Shown in pieces: positions 38,346-51,325 of a stretch of 64,000 bases of DNA. Below the pieces are notes generated by a model that was given only the letters and a program-made list of their open reading frames with translations, made no database searches and had not been told where the DNA came from. The stretch lies in assembly GCF_018977255.1 (NCBI RefSeq), contig NW_024704743.1, forward strand, positions 89,468,001 to 89,532,000. The letters run 5' to 3'. The stretch is from Callorhinchus milii. Taxonomy: Eukaryota. A program made the translations under genes and the position numbers. The stretch's first letter is position 1, and each line of letters opens with the position of its first letter.

Positions 38346-40496
38346 GTTGACGAACTAACTAGGGGACAGGCCATCCTAGACCTTGTTTTGTGTAACAAAA
38401 CAGGGCTAGTCGGTAATATAGATATTAAGGCTCCTCTAGGGCAGAGTGATCATAACATGATAGAAATTAGTATTAAGTTAGAGAGTAAATGTAGTCAAAT
38501 CCGAAGCAAGGATCTTAAATTTAAATAAAGCTAACTTTGCAGGTATGAGGAAGAATTAGCTAAAATAGACTGGGAGTGTTTTAGGGACCAATAAAGAAAA
38601 CCAAAAAGCTCATTAAGAGTGAGAAAATGGATTATGAGGGCAAGCTAGCTAGGAACATTAAAACAGATTGTAAGAGTTTTTATAAATACATTAAGAGGAA
38701 TAGGCTAGCAAAAGTAAATGTGGGTCCATTACAGGCAGAAACAGGAGGAATTATAATGGAGGACGAGGATATGGCAGAGTCCCTAAATAAATAGTTTGCT
38801 TCTGTCTTCACATTAGAAGACACAAGAAGTTTATCAGAAATAGAGATGAACCAAGGGGCTAATGAGAGGGAGCAACTTAGGGAAATTTACATTAGCAAAG
38901 AATTGGTGCCAGGGAAATTGTTGGCATTAAAAAGTGACAAGTGCCCTGGACCTGATGGTTTGCATCCTAGGGTTTTAAAAGAGGTAGCTCATGAGATAGT
39001 AGAGGTCTTGCGTCTGATCTTCCAAAATTCTTTGGATTCTGGAACGGTTCCCATTGATTGGAAGATCGCAAACGTCACACCACTATTTGGGAGAGAAAAG
39101 ATGGGGAACTATAGACCAGTTAGTCTGACATCTGTGGTAGGAAAAATTCTAGAAGCCTTAATTAAAGATGTCGTAGTGGGATACTTAGAGGATCACGATA
39201 TGATTAGACAGAGTCAACATGGCTTTACAAAAGGGAAATCATGCTTAACAAATCTTTTAGATTTTTTTGAGGACATATCAAGTAGATTAGATAGTGGGGA
39301 ATCAGTGGATGTAGTGTATTTAGATTTCCAAAAGGCATTCGATAAGGTGCCGCATAAAAGGTTGATTCACAAGGTTGGGGCCCATGGAATTAAGGGGAAT
39401 ATATTAGCATGGATTGAAGAATGGCCAACGGGAAGAAAACAAAGAGTAGGGATAAACGGATCCTTCTCAGATTGGTGGGATGTGACTAGTGGAGTGCTAC
39501 AAGGATCAGTGCTTGGGCCTCAACTATTTTTCAATCTACATCAACGGTCTAGATGAGGACATCGAACTTAATATATCCAAATTCGCGGATGACACTAAAC
39601 TAGGAGGGAGAGTAAACACCGAGGATGACATTAAAAAAATGAAACGAGATATAGATAGGCTAGGTGAGTGGGCAAATAGGTGGCAGATGAAGTATAATGT
39701 AGGGAAGTGTGAGGTCATCCACCTAGGTGGCAAAAACAATAAAGCAGATTATTTTTGCGAAGGGGAGAGACTAGACAGTGTTAGCGTTCAGAGGGACTTG
39801 GATGTCCTTGTACACCAGTCACAAAAGTTAGTTTGCAGGTACAGCAAGTAATTAGAAAGGCTAATGGTATGTTGGCATTTGTTACAAAAGGGTTAGAATG
39901 TAAGAGTAGGGAAGTCTTGTTGCAACTGTATACGGCCCTGGTGAGACCGCATCGAGAGTATTACGTGCAGTTTTGGTCTCCTTATTTAAGAAAGGAGGGG
40001 GTACAACGTAGTTTCACTAGGTTGGTGCCAGGGATGAGGGGGATGAGTTATGAGGATAGGTTGAGCAATTTAGGCCTATATTCTTTGGAATATAGAAGAA
40101 TGAGAGGTGATCTTACAGAAACCTATAAGATTATTAAGGGGCACAGCAGAATAGATAGTGGGAGACTTTTTCCCCTGGTTGGAGAAACTATAACCAGGGG
40201 TCACAGTCTTAAAATTTGGGGTAAGCCCTTTCGCACTGAGTTGAGGAAAAGCTTCTTCACTCAGTGGATAGTGAATTTATGGAATTCTCTACCCCAAAGG
40301 GCTGTAGATGCTCAGTCCTTGAACATAATCAAGACTGAGATTGATAGATTTCTTGTAGATAAAGAGATTAAGAGATATGGGGATAAGGCGGTTAGGTGGA
40401 GTTAGTATAGATCAGCCATGATCTTATTGAATGGCGGGGCAGGCTAGTGGGGCCGAATGGCCTACTCCTGCTCCTAATTCTTATGTTCTTATGTTC
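38346..40496 (+). mobile_element. CR1-clade LINE, 5'-truncated, frameshifted ORF2 (reverse transcriptase)
   Basis: Motifs PGPDGLHPRVLKE, NYRPVSLTS, YLDFQKAFDKV, QGSVLGP, KFADD; 3' end (TTCTTATG)n. Confidence 0.97.
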
Positions 40497-40525
40497 AGGG
40501 TTAATGAGAGCTGGGAGTGACTGGT

Positions 40526-41805
40526 TTGGTAGCAGAGGAAACTTATTCGGAAATGTCATCAATGTCTTGTTGAGTTTTCCTCATTAAGTGCTGAAAGGGT
40601 GAGTTATGTATTTTAATAAAGATTCCTCATTGCAACATATTATTTAACTCCCATTACAAGACTGAATTCCTGTCATGGGCACCAAATACATATGAGGTGG
40701 TGGTGGGTGGGGGGGAACAGGAAGTCCCATCTGTCTGTTCTGGTGGACGTTAGACGAGCTGAACAGGGAAAGGAGTTTGGCCAATGGCCAATAACCTAGC
40801 AATAAAACTGATCATTCACTTCATGTTGTTTGTGGAATTTTGCTGTGCAAATTGGCTGCTGTGTTTGCCTACAAATACACAGTCCATACACTGGAGAGCA
40901 ATTACCTGATAAATGCTTTTCAGACGTTATGGGCACTTTTTCACATGCAAAGATTACATTCTTTTATATATTTATTCTTCAAGTGTCCAACTAATTCTCT
41001 TTTAAATATAGATTATAGTAAACCAGTGAGTTAAATTACAGGCCCAATTAGATTACTGCCAGGTCTTCTTTTCATATGTAATCTAATGTTATCTCATTCC
41101 TGGGTTCACATCATTTTTATAGCCCACAATTATCTCACTCCTGATTTATGATGTGACTAGTTATCCGTTAATTCAATTACAGTCTCGTACAACATGACTC
41201 CAATATCTCCAATATATTGAATATTTAAAATAGTGACTTTGTTTTTTACTCTCATCTTCTCTCCTCAGCCCACCTTAACCTTAATCTACCCCCCACCTCC
41301 TTCCCCCAACCCCCGACAACTCTTTTAAAGGTGTTGATTTGTGCCTGGGATATGGTTTCACATGGATAGGCAGCTCTTTATTATTTCACTCAAGTGTTTT
41401 TCTTCGCCTGTGAGCCCAGTCACTGAGTGCAGCTTACTATGTGACTATAGGGCATCACAGCTAAGGCTGGCATGAATCCATTCATATCTTCCAGTCACCA
41501 GAGATCAATTAGGAAGCATGAGCACAAGTTTTCTTTCCACTTCATTACCAAGCACTGGTGATATTGTGGCTAAATGTAGCCCTTGTTCTGTTCTACCCCC
41601 ACCCCACCAGTATATATTAGGCAGTGCTTTAGCCACGACTGGAATTTAGACTTGCAGTGGGAGTTAAATATTACAGAATGTTGTATGAGGCTGTAATTGA
41701 AAGAGGAATACTTTTTAAAACTAATAACTCACCATTTCAGCACTTAATGATGAAATCTCAACAAGACGTTGATGATATTTCCTAATACGTTTCTTCAGTT
41801 ACCAA
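40526..41805. repeat. Inverted repeat pair (40526-40680 and 41632-41805); possible old non-autonomous DNA transposon
   Basis: Arms are clear reverse complements, e.g. tcattaagtgctgaaa / tttcagcacttaatga. Confidence 0.85.
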
Positions 41806-42419
41806 CTATTTCTTTCTTCCCACCACCATCCTCCCCCTCAACTCCCCAAGCATTTTGTCTTTCAATCAATTGTACACATATGTGAATGATGAAATCATGG
41901 CTGAATGTGTCAGCTGAACGTGAATGCTGATGCACAATGTCTCATAGCAGTTTGAGAAATAATCCTTGTATTTGATATAGCACTTTATCATGTCTTATAA
42001 ATGTTTCAAAGTGCTTCACAGAATATACTAGTTGCCATTACGAACAGTAGTGTCCCACAAACAGTCGTGGATTGAGGGACTAAATTATTATTATTATTAT
42101 TTTGAGAAATTATTTTAGTTAATTGGTTTAATAGAGCTGGAACACTGTTCATTTGTATCCAATCTATCTTCCTCTCCCTGCTTTAATTTTTCAATTGTTT
42201 TTGTTTGTCCCAGGGACCGGACCTTCTGGTTAGCATAGCTTTAACCAATCTAGGGTGTGCTATGCACCGGGACCAACAGTCACACATTGTTGATGCACTT
42301 ATCAAATAGAAAATTCAGTCTGCTAGTGTGACAATCTATCCTCACAGGTCTCCAGCAATGTATGTTTGTTTTGCAGTCCTGTATTACCACAGTGATCGGT
42401 GAAGTATTATTGACTAATA

Positions 42420-42753
42420 ATAATATAATAATAATCCTTGCATTTAATAATAATAATAATCCTTGCATTTGATATAGCACTTTTCATATCTTCTAGACGT
42501 CCCAAAGCGCTTCACAGAATAGACTGTAAAGTGAACAGACTGTATATTTGTGGGCAAAATGAGGCAGCCAATTGCGCACAGCAGCCTCCCACAAACAGTC
42601 GTGGATTGAAGTGACCAATTTATTTTGGGTTTTTTTGAGGGATTATTATCAGCATGTGGAGTAAGGAAACTTGTCCAAGGTTTCACCTGCCGGGAATCAA
42701 ACCCAGGTCTCGCTTGCAAAGTGAGTGCTCTAACCACTGAGCTACAGGACTCC
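42420..42753 (-). mobile_element. SINE family A, short variant, with duplicated tail
   Basis: Homologous to 17435-17759. Confidence 0.92.
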
Positions 42754-42999
42754 AAAAATAGCTTCAAATAGGTCAGAGCATAATAATAATAATGCAAAAG
42801 AGAAGGGCTTTCTCCTATTATTCTGACCAACAATCCATATAAATCCTGTGAAGTGATTTGAGATATCCTCCTGACATGAAAAGTGCTAAGCGAAATGCAA
42901 GGATTTTTTTTTTATCTTTTTCTCTTCCTTTCAGTTTTCCCACTGTCTTCTCTGATTTCTCCAGTATCACCTGAACCTTTGAACAGCCACATTGGGTTT

Positions 43000-43520
43000 A
43001 GAGACATCATACTGTGTAGCTCTCTGGCCAGGTCACATCTCGAGTACTGCATACAGTTCTGGTTGCCTTGACATAAGGCGCCTTCCCAGGCCCCAGAGTC
43101 AGTGCAGAGGAAAGCATCGAGGATGATCTCCCCTGTTAGAGGAATGAGCTCTGAGCAACAATTAGACAAGCGAGGGCTCTTCAGTTTTGAGAGACGATTT
43201 CTCAGAAGGAATCTTGTTGAGGTACAATTTTTTTTAATGGCATTTAAAAAGTAAATCCGGATTAATATATTAGTATGCATCAAGACAGTTGATCAAGAAG
43301 AAAATAGGTTCAGAGTAGCAATGGACAATTTAAGAACACACACAAGGGAGGTTTTCTTTTACCCAGAGGGTAATTAGCAACAGGAACAGGTTACCACAAA
43401 AGGTGGTTGATACTGGGTTCATTTAAAAAGCAACTTACCATGGTAAGATGGTTGGGTGGGTATTCTGGAAGGATGAAAGCAAATGGGCCTTCTTCATAAA
43501 CTAATCCTGTGATCTTGTGA
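43000..43520 (+). mobile_element. Degenerate CR1 3' fragment
   Basis: LARSHLEYCIQFW remnant; (GTGATCTT)-type tail. Confidence 0.8.
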
Positions 43521-43840
43521 TCTCTGATAAGATTTTCAAATGGGATTTTACTAAATAATTAGCTGGCTCATTAATCTCAGGTGAATACATTATCTTAAAA
43601 CAGAATATCTCAAGAAATATCTTGAGATCATCTCTTGGTCCCAGTATTTCATGAAAGAGTGTAGTGGCATTATGTTGTCTTAATATTAATCAAATAAACT
43701 AGACAGTTAATTAATTTCTCTCTCTTATAGTTCATTTAAAAAAAAGACATGTCACAGTGAACCTTGGAGAGGGAATTAGAACCAGTAAATTTATTAGCAA
43801 CATGGAAAAATTAATTTCATCGTAACCTCATATGTACTTT

Positions 43841-44273
43841 AGTCAGCCTTGCTCAGTTGGCAGTGCCTTCCCGCTGAGTGAAAAGGTTGTGGGTTCAAAT
43901 CCCACATCGGAACCTTAAACTTCCTGTCTAAGATGACATTCAAGTGCAGTACAGTATTGGGGAGTGCTGCATTGTCAAAAGTGCCATCCTTCTGATCAGA
44001 CATTAAACCAAAGTCCTGTCTGTTTGTTTGGGTGGATGTTAAAGATCCCATGGCATTGCTCAAAAAGAGAAGGGGAATTGGCCAACAATCCCCAGGTAAA
44101 ATTCAAAGCTGTTGGCTGTTTGTCAGACGTTGCTGTGCCTAAATTGCCTGCTGCGTTCGTCTACAAATACGCAGTCACAGCACTTTACAGTAAATCCTGC
44201 AAAAAGCACTTTGAGACATCTCGACATTGTGATAGGGGACTATATTAAACGCAAGAATTATTATATTATTATT
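43841..44273 (+). mobile_element. SINE family B, full length
   Basis: Head to tail homologous to 24830-25253. Confidence 0.88.
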
Positions 44274-45354
44274 CAACAAGAGGTTGAATCTTTCATTTTC
44301 CCCCCCTATATTTTCTCTTTATATTTTGGCTGACATTATTGAGATACCTGAATGTATTCTTAATATTTTCATAAAAGATAACAAGTTAAATATTTAGTGA
44401 GCCATTATTTATTTAAAAATATAATAAAATACCTCGTATTAAATTAGCTGCTGGCAATATAATAAATCTGGGAAATGTGCTTTGTTAAAAGGTGTTCTCC
44501 TTTCAAATATTCAGTCACTACACTTCACAGTGAATTCCTTGAAGCACTTGGAGACGTTTTAACATTGTGATAAATCATTGTTTCTAATAAAAAGATTATT
44601 ATTATTAGAATCCTGCAGTTTAGTTATTTAAAATAAAATAGCTTTCTGACAGCATTAACTTCTGACAGCAACAACTTGCACTTACATATCACCATTCATG
44701 CAGGATAGCATCTCAGAGCGTTTAAAATAAGAACTCAACAGTCAGCATTACACAAGCGTTTTACACACCAAATTTTACAAATTTTTCACTACTGTCTTGA
44801 TGATTCAAAGCACATTTCTAGAAACGTTATAAAACGTCTAAAAGTTCCACCAGTCAATATTTCGGCTAATAAATAATAACCTTGTTTCTTCTCTTTTTCT
44901 ATCTTTCTGCACAAGTTTGCAATTGCACAAACTATGTATCCTAACGATTCCCATTAACTGACAGTTTGAGGGTGAAACAATCCAGCCCAATGGAAACTGT
45001 TATCCAGGGCATGTTTGTGAGTGATATAGTTAGGACTCCATGGCTTTCTCTTGCTGCCCCAGTGAATCTTGCGATTTGCATTCTAATTACAAACTTGACC
45101 TCATTGATCTGATGTGAATTGTTAATAGCCTTTTCTGCTCCTCTGAGCATGGTGTGCATAAGCAAAATGACTTTTCTGTATTGAATTGACCGAAAGCCAG
45201 AATTGAGTTCCATTCCTGATCATAACACAAGTGCATCACACCCATCCATGGGAAATCCATTCCAGCAGTAGATTGGGTCTGAAAGCACTCCCTGCGACTC
45301 ACTCCAGTACTAGAGGCATCAATATTTGGGACTTCTGGACTCCAAGTCATCACC

Positions 45355-46108
45355 CCACTCCTTATAAAACCTACTCTTGATCCCTCCAACCTCGGCCACT
45401 ACCGCTTTATCTCAAACCTGCCCTTCCTTGCCAAAGCTCTGGAACGTGTTGTTGCCAACCAACTTCATGCACACCTCTCCCTCCACACCCTACTCGAACC
45501 TCTCCAGTCCGGTTTCCGCCCTGCCCACATTACAGAGACAGCACTCGCGAAAGTCACAAACGATATCCTCTCTATCTGTGACCAGGGCTCCCTCTGCCTC
45601 CTCGTCCTTCTGGACCTCTCCGCCGCGTCCGATACAGTTGATCATGCCATCCTCCTCCACCGCCTGTCCTCCATCATCCACCTCAGTGGGACTGCACTCA
45701 CTTGATTCAAGTCCTACCTGACAAACCACCAGCACTATATTTCTGCTTTTCTTCTCACTTTCACCCTGTCACCTATGGGTACCCCTCCTTGGCCCCCTCT
45801 CTTCCTCATCTATAAGCTCCCTCTCGGTGATGTCATCCGCAGACATGGGGTTAACTTTCACATGTATGCAGATGGCACTCAACCCTACTTTTCCACCTCC
45901 AACTCTGACCCCCAGTCCCCTGATGTTCTATCAGCTTGTCTGTTGGACATCAAGAGCTGGATGAGCGCAAATTTCCTGCAGTTAAATGTCAACAAGACGG
46001 AAGCCATAGTCTTTGGCGCCCATCAATGTCTTCCGTCCCAAGGTTCCAACCTCCTCAACCTACCCGACCTATCCTTAAAACTCTCAGAACCCGTGTGCAA
46101 CTTAGTTG
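45355..46108 (+). mobile_element. L2-clade LINE RT fragment
   Basis: NL.FLAKALERVV, QSGFR, LDLSAA.DTVDH, HMYADGTQ, WMSANFLQLNVNKTE. Confidence 0.93.
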
Positions 46109-46254
46109 CTCGAGGTGAGTTTGAATATGAGATCTGTTTGAAGAAGAAAATGAGACTAACTGGAAGAATCTGTTAGATTTAGAAAGTTAAAATTTATAAT
46201 AAATTACTGCTAAAATACTTTCCTAGTGAGACAGGTGGATAATCCTGCATATAA

Positions 46255-46878
46255 TTAGCACATTCATTAAACTGTGAAGCCATTGCATTCAGTCTTGGGC
46301 ACCACACCTCAGGAAGGATATATTGGCTCTGGAGGCGGTACAGCGCAGATTCACTAGGATGATACCAGGCCTTAAAGAGTTCAATTATGAGGACAGGTTG
46401 CATAAACTTGGTACTTTCATACATTCTACCCTCTGCCTTGCCCCTCCATCCTCACTTTTAAAGCCCTCTTTATTCCCTCTAGTCCTTTGAGTTTAGAAGG
46501 TTGAGGGATGATCTGATTGAGGCTTTTTAAATAATAAAGAAATTCAATAGAGTAGATACAGAGAAACTATTTCCTCTGGCGGGGGAATCCAGAACAATGG
46601 GGCATAATCTTAACATTAGAGCTAGGCCATTTGGAGTGAAATCAGGAGCAGTCTTTCACCCAAAGGGTAGTGGAAATCTGGAACTTTCTGTGAAAAAGCT
46701 GTGGATGTTGGATCCGTTTCCATTTTCAAGACTGAGGTGGATAGATATTTGTTAGGTCATGGTATTAAAGGATATGGGGCAAGGATGGGTAATTGGAGTT
46801 GAGGTACAGATCAGCCATGATCGTATAGAATGGTGGAACAGGCTCGAGGGGCTGAATGGCCTACTTCTGTTTCTATGT
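46255..46878 (+). mobile_element. CR1 3' fragment carrying a 50-bp foreign insertion
   Basis: Homologous to the 3' part of the 38346-40496 element (agatcagccatgatc...gaatggcctact). Confidence 0.9.
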
Positions 46879-47354
46879 AACTCCTAAAATCAACTTCGAG
46901 CACAATTCAAGTCACATGAAAATGTCACCAAAACTCAAGTCAATTTAAAAAGTGGAGGAGTTTCATAATGTGCATCGCAGCTATAGTCTTCTATTACAGA
47001 CTCCCACAGTACACAAATAAGTACACAAAACACATGTGGAGCTCTCTTCGCAAGACTCCAAAATCTTTAATGATCAGCAGCATCGCCATTCTCTGCCAAC
47101 CTTATGCGATTAAGGTTGATTTCTACAGCAGTGCGCTGATATTATAAGTCAATGTTTACATTAACTCAAACTAAAATCTCTAGGATGTCTTTGAAAAAGA
47201 AGTCTATGAGATGATTTGATATTCTATTACCTTATTTTGTTTTGTTTAAAGAAATATTCAGCAGTTTTGAGACAACAGAATGTCAGGCACAATGTTTTTG
47301 CTGCTTACTTTGAGATCATTTTAAAGTTTACGGTTTAGAGACTATACAAAACAG

Positions 47355-47850
47355 TACAATTTACATTTAAATAACTCCTTTCATATCGGGGGAAGACTCA
47401 AAGTGTTTTAAATATTTGGCTGGGAACCTGATCAGGGTAGATGGAGGAAGGAAGATGGGGAGGGGAGAAATAACTAAAAGCCCAGTCAAAGAGGGCTTTA
47501 AAAGTGAGGATGGAGGGGCAGGGCAGAGGGTAGAATGGCTGAAAGTTCACCCACTTATGGTGGGCTGATCTGGCAGGGGATATGAAGCCTGTTGATGTTT
47601 GCTGAGCCGAGAGAACAGCTAGGTCAGTAGGGTTTCAGGAGGTCACAAAGCTAGAGTGGGGTAAGGCCATGAGGGATTTGATTCACTGGGGGATGGAGTC
47701 GAGTAAAGATGGCCTCATGAAAACTATTGCCGGACTGGACATATCTTGCAGAATTCTGGATGCTGTACAGCTTTTGTAGGGAGTTGCTGGGGAGTCCAGT
47801 GAGCAGGATGTTGGAATAATCATGCCTGGATATGGTTCTGCTGAAAATCC
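47355..47850 (-). mobile_element. Old L2 3' fragment
   Basis: SRHDYSNILLTGLPSNSLQKL.SIQNSAR is an L2 ORF2 C-terminal motif. Confidence 0.85.
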
Positions 47851-49459
47851 CTGTCACAAGATTGGCCTTTATGTCCTAAGGCGCAAATACAGCTGAGTAT
47901 TTAATAGGATCGTGACAAGACTGCAGATTGCTAGTCTTTTAATCTTCTTATTTAACTAGAAATCACAGTGTGTAATTATCCAAAGTGCTTTGAACGTTAA
48001 TGAAAACCAATATATAATAAATATATTGCGTACATATGACTATGTCATTAAATTTACAAATTTAAAATAAAAGCAAAGGATGCACCTCAGTAGGATATTA
48101 GTGCAAATCGAATATTGTCACCTAACTCTCCACAACAGACTATTTGTTTTTATATTATTTACTGTGAATAACATTTAAAAGGATGCAAAGTTTTCACATA
48201 ATAAACTGTTTTTTTTAAATAATCAATGTGTATCAAGATGGATGTCTGTCACAGTCAAATTTCAGCGAGGCAGAGTTCTGAAAAGCTCAGCTTTATTTAA
48301 TTCAAACCACATAATTTACAATTTCCAAAAGAAAATACCACAAACCATTATAACTCATACATATTTAAAGTCCGACAAGTGCCTGCAGATATGATTACAG
48401 TGTGTAATAACTCTCCTTATGTGCATTCATGCCATCCTATGCAAAATCAATGTACTGTATGGGTTCTGTAGGTATTAGTAAAACCACCATAACCTGATGG
48501 CTTGACCCCATGTTAACCATCCTTGTAATGGCTATAAAACATTTTTTAAATCTGTTATTCGCTGATGTGGTACCGTAAAAAAGAAAATTAAACCAAAACT
48601 CTTAAAACAAGCCATTAATGTATTAACTTTTAAGATAAAAAGAATATAATGTGGATCAGCATTTGATTTCTTTCAGCAATTTCTATTTTGCTCTTCGCTC
48701 CAGAAAACTGGAAGGTATTAGAAACGCTCTTCTCACCGAGACAAGCACATTTCTTCCCAAAGATATTACTCGAATTCCATTATTTCTGAGAGACCAAGTG
48801 AAGGGTCAAGGCCCGTAAGGTAGTGAGGCATACTGGATGAAAAGAGGACAAGAATCAGAAATTAGTTGTTATGTTATATGTCATTGGGATTGTCTTTAGA
48901 GTTAATTGATATTCATTGCATTTACCATGGGGAGGAAGGTTCTAATGCATTTTCAAGTCTTATGAAACCAATTAAATCTGTTCTGTTAGACAGTACAAAC
49001 ATCTTATGCGAATATTAACTACCCACTTGAAGTATATCTGATTTAATCATCATCAAGGTCCATCCTAACAGAGGTTACCAACAATATTCTGGTCTTCAAT
49101 ACAATACCTCTGGGTGTTGATCCATTGTTGACGTTTTCACAGCAGTTGCTCAGTCAGTCCACAGCCTGTGATTAATTCTTCAATATTTGCCAGTCCTCAA
49201 CTTGTCCTTTTCACCAAACAAACCTGATGTCAGTTTCAATTTTTAGTAACCTGGTTACTTTTGGAAGTTAACATAAACAACATAACTAATGAACCAAATG
49301 ATGATTTTATCAAATTACACTGCAGGTTGACTCACAAAGGTCTGGAGGATTCATTTTGTGTTGTTTAAGTTTGATGTAATAATAATACAGAATTTTTATT
49401 CTAAACAGGACTGATCTTCAGTATGTGAATAGCTCTGACCAGCCTGTTCTTTAAAATGT

Positions 49460-49482
49460 TAATCTGAATTAAGCCACGATTA
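49460..49482. promoter_or_regulatory. Cluster of CRX/OTX-type (K50 homeodomain) motifs upstream of CNGB3
   Basis: TAATCT, TAAGCC and GATTA within 23 bp, about 100 nt upstream of the ATG of a photoreceptor gene. Confidence 0.55.
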
Positions 49483-49573
49483 CAGTGACAATCTCATTTG
49501 ATTTCTTCAGACTGATTCAGAGCAAACACATTTAGATCGTTCCCATTGGTGTTGCAAAAACATTCCCCCAAAA

Positions 49574-49681
49574 ATGTTTCGTAAATTTAGACTGCGATTA
49601 CAAAAAATTGCACCAAAGGAGGAAGAGGAAAATGTGATTCAAAATGCCGGACCTCAACAGGGAGACAAGACTGCAGAACAG
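49574..49681 (+). CDS. CNGB3: CNGB3 coding exon 1 (MFRKFRLRLQKIAPKEEEEN...)
   Basis: ATG, 36 codons, CAG|gtttgt donor, phase 0; start resembles human MFKSLTKVNKVKP. Confidence 0.8.
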
Positions 49682-49790
49682 GTTTGTGTTCAACGGATTG
49701 ATTTTCCACAACAGTATTTCCTGTCACTTGTTTATGTTAAATACCCCAGGTACAGCTTTGGTTTTCTGTTTACATGTTTCTTCTTTATAG

Positions 49791-49881
49791 GTGGACAAGA
49801 GAATCGAAAACAACCACAAGAGTGATGAAGCAAAAGATGCAGAGGTCACACTAGCTCCTGCAGATGCTCGGCAACAGCAAG
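49791..49881 (+). CDS. CNGB3: CNGB3 coding exon 2 (VDKRIENNHKSDEAKDAEVTLAPADARQQQ)
   Basis: ttctttatag acceptor, G|gtctga donor, 91 nt, phase 0->1, open hydrophilic frame after a 109-nt intron. Confidence 0.75.
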
Positions 49882-50159
49882 GTCTGAGATTCGAGATAAC
49901 AATGTAATGTGTACAGAATACACCCATCAACATTGCATGGCATGGTTAGAATTACAGAAAGAATATTTGAATTGCGAGCAGGTTCAGTGTCCATTGCTGT
50001 TCTGGAATGATTTTTCTAAAATATCACAGTAAAGAGTTATGCAGATATCACTAACTTTGCCTTAGTGGTACATTTTTGAAAAGTGAAGATGAAAACACCA
50101 TAAACCACAATTTAATAACAATCTGAGTAAGGGACCCACAATAAAAGTCACCATTTTTT

Positions 50160-50867
50160 CGTTTTTTCTGACTGGAGGGAAGTGTTCAGTGATATCCCCC
50201 AGGGGTCGGTATTGGGACCACTGCTCTTTTTGATCTATATAAGTGACCTGGACTTGGGTATTACGAGTACAATTTCCAAGTTTGCAGATGATATGCTAGG
50301 AAAGCTAGGAAAAGTAGTAAACGTGAGGAGGATAGTATCAGACTGCAAGGGGACATAGACCGACTGGTAAAATGGGCAGAGACGTGGCAGATGAAGTTTA
50401 ATGCGGAGAAATGTGAAGTGATGCATTTTGGGAGGAAGATTGAGGAGAGGCCATATAAGCTGATGGCAGAATCTTAAAGGGGGTGAAGGAACTGAGAGGA
50501 ACAAAATTATGAGGGGATTCGATAGGGTGAGCAAGGAGAAACTATTTCCACTGGCGGGTGGGTTGGTAACCCGGGGACAATGATTCAAAATAGTTGTTAA
50601 AAGAATCAGAGAGGAGGTGAGGAGAATTTTTTTCACACAGCGAGTTGTTCGGATCTGGAATGCATTGCCTGAAAGGGTGGTGGAAGTCAATTCGATGACA
50701 ACTTTTAAGAGAGAAGTAGATAATTATAGGGGAGGACAAGTTTGCAGGGCTATGGGGAGACAGCAGGGGAGTGGGATTGATTTGGATAGATCTTTTAAAT
50801 GAGCTGGCACAGACACGATGGGCTGAATGGCCTCCTTCTGTGCTGCATAATTCTATGATTCTATGAT
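50160..50867 (+). mobile_element. CR1 fragment with internal deletion
   Basis: [29 protein letters not shown]; (ATTCTATG)n tail. Confidence 0.93.
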
Positions 50868-50891
50868 TTTCTTCATCTTTATAAAACAAAT

Positions 50892-51325
50892 GGTGTCAGC
50901 CTGGCTCAGTTAGTAGCACTCTTGCCTCTGAGTCAAAATGTTGTGGGTTCAAGTCTATGTTGGGACTTGAATTTACATAGTCTAAGATGGCACTCTAATG
51001 CTGTCCTGGGCGGGTGTCAGAGATGCAGTGCTTCGGATTAGACTTTAAATCAAGGTCCCGTCTGCCTGTTCAGGTGAATGCTAAAGATCCCTTTCTCTAC
51101 GGAAAAAGAGAAAGGAGTTTCTACTTGTGTCCTGGCCAATAATCCCCTAAATAAAATTAGTGATTAATTTCATGTCTGGATGTGGGACATTCCTGTGTGC
51201 AAATGGCTGCCGTGTTTGCCTACCAAAAAACAAGTGTTCCACTGTACAGTAAATTCTGTGAACTGCTTTGAGACGTCCTCCCAATATGAAAGGCACTATA
51301 CCAAATGCAAGAATTGTTATTAATA
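50892..51325 (+). mobile_element. SINE family B, full length
   Basis: ggtgtcagcctggctcagttagtagcactctt... through the tail. Confidence 0.88.

Noticed and set aside
48704..48813. Exon-like stretch upstream of CNGB3 (ccag...CC|gtaagg)
   Set aside because: No recognisable homology or partner exon; at most an untranslated exon, unsupported here.
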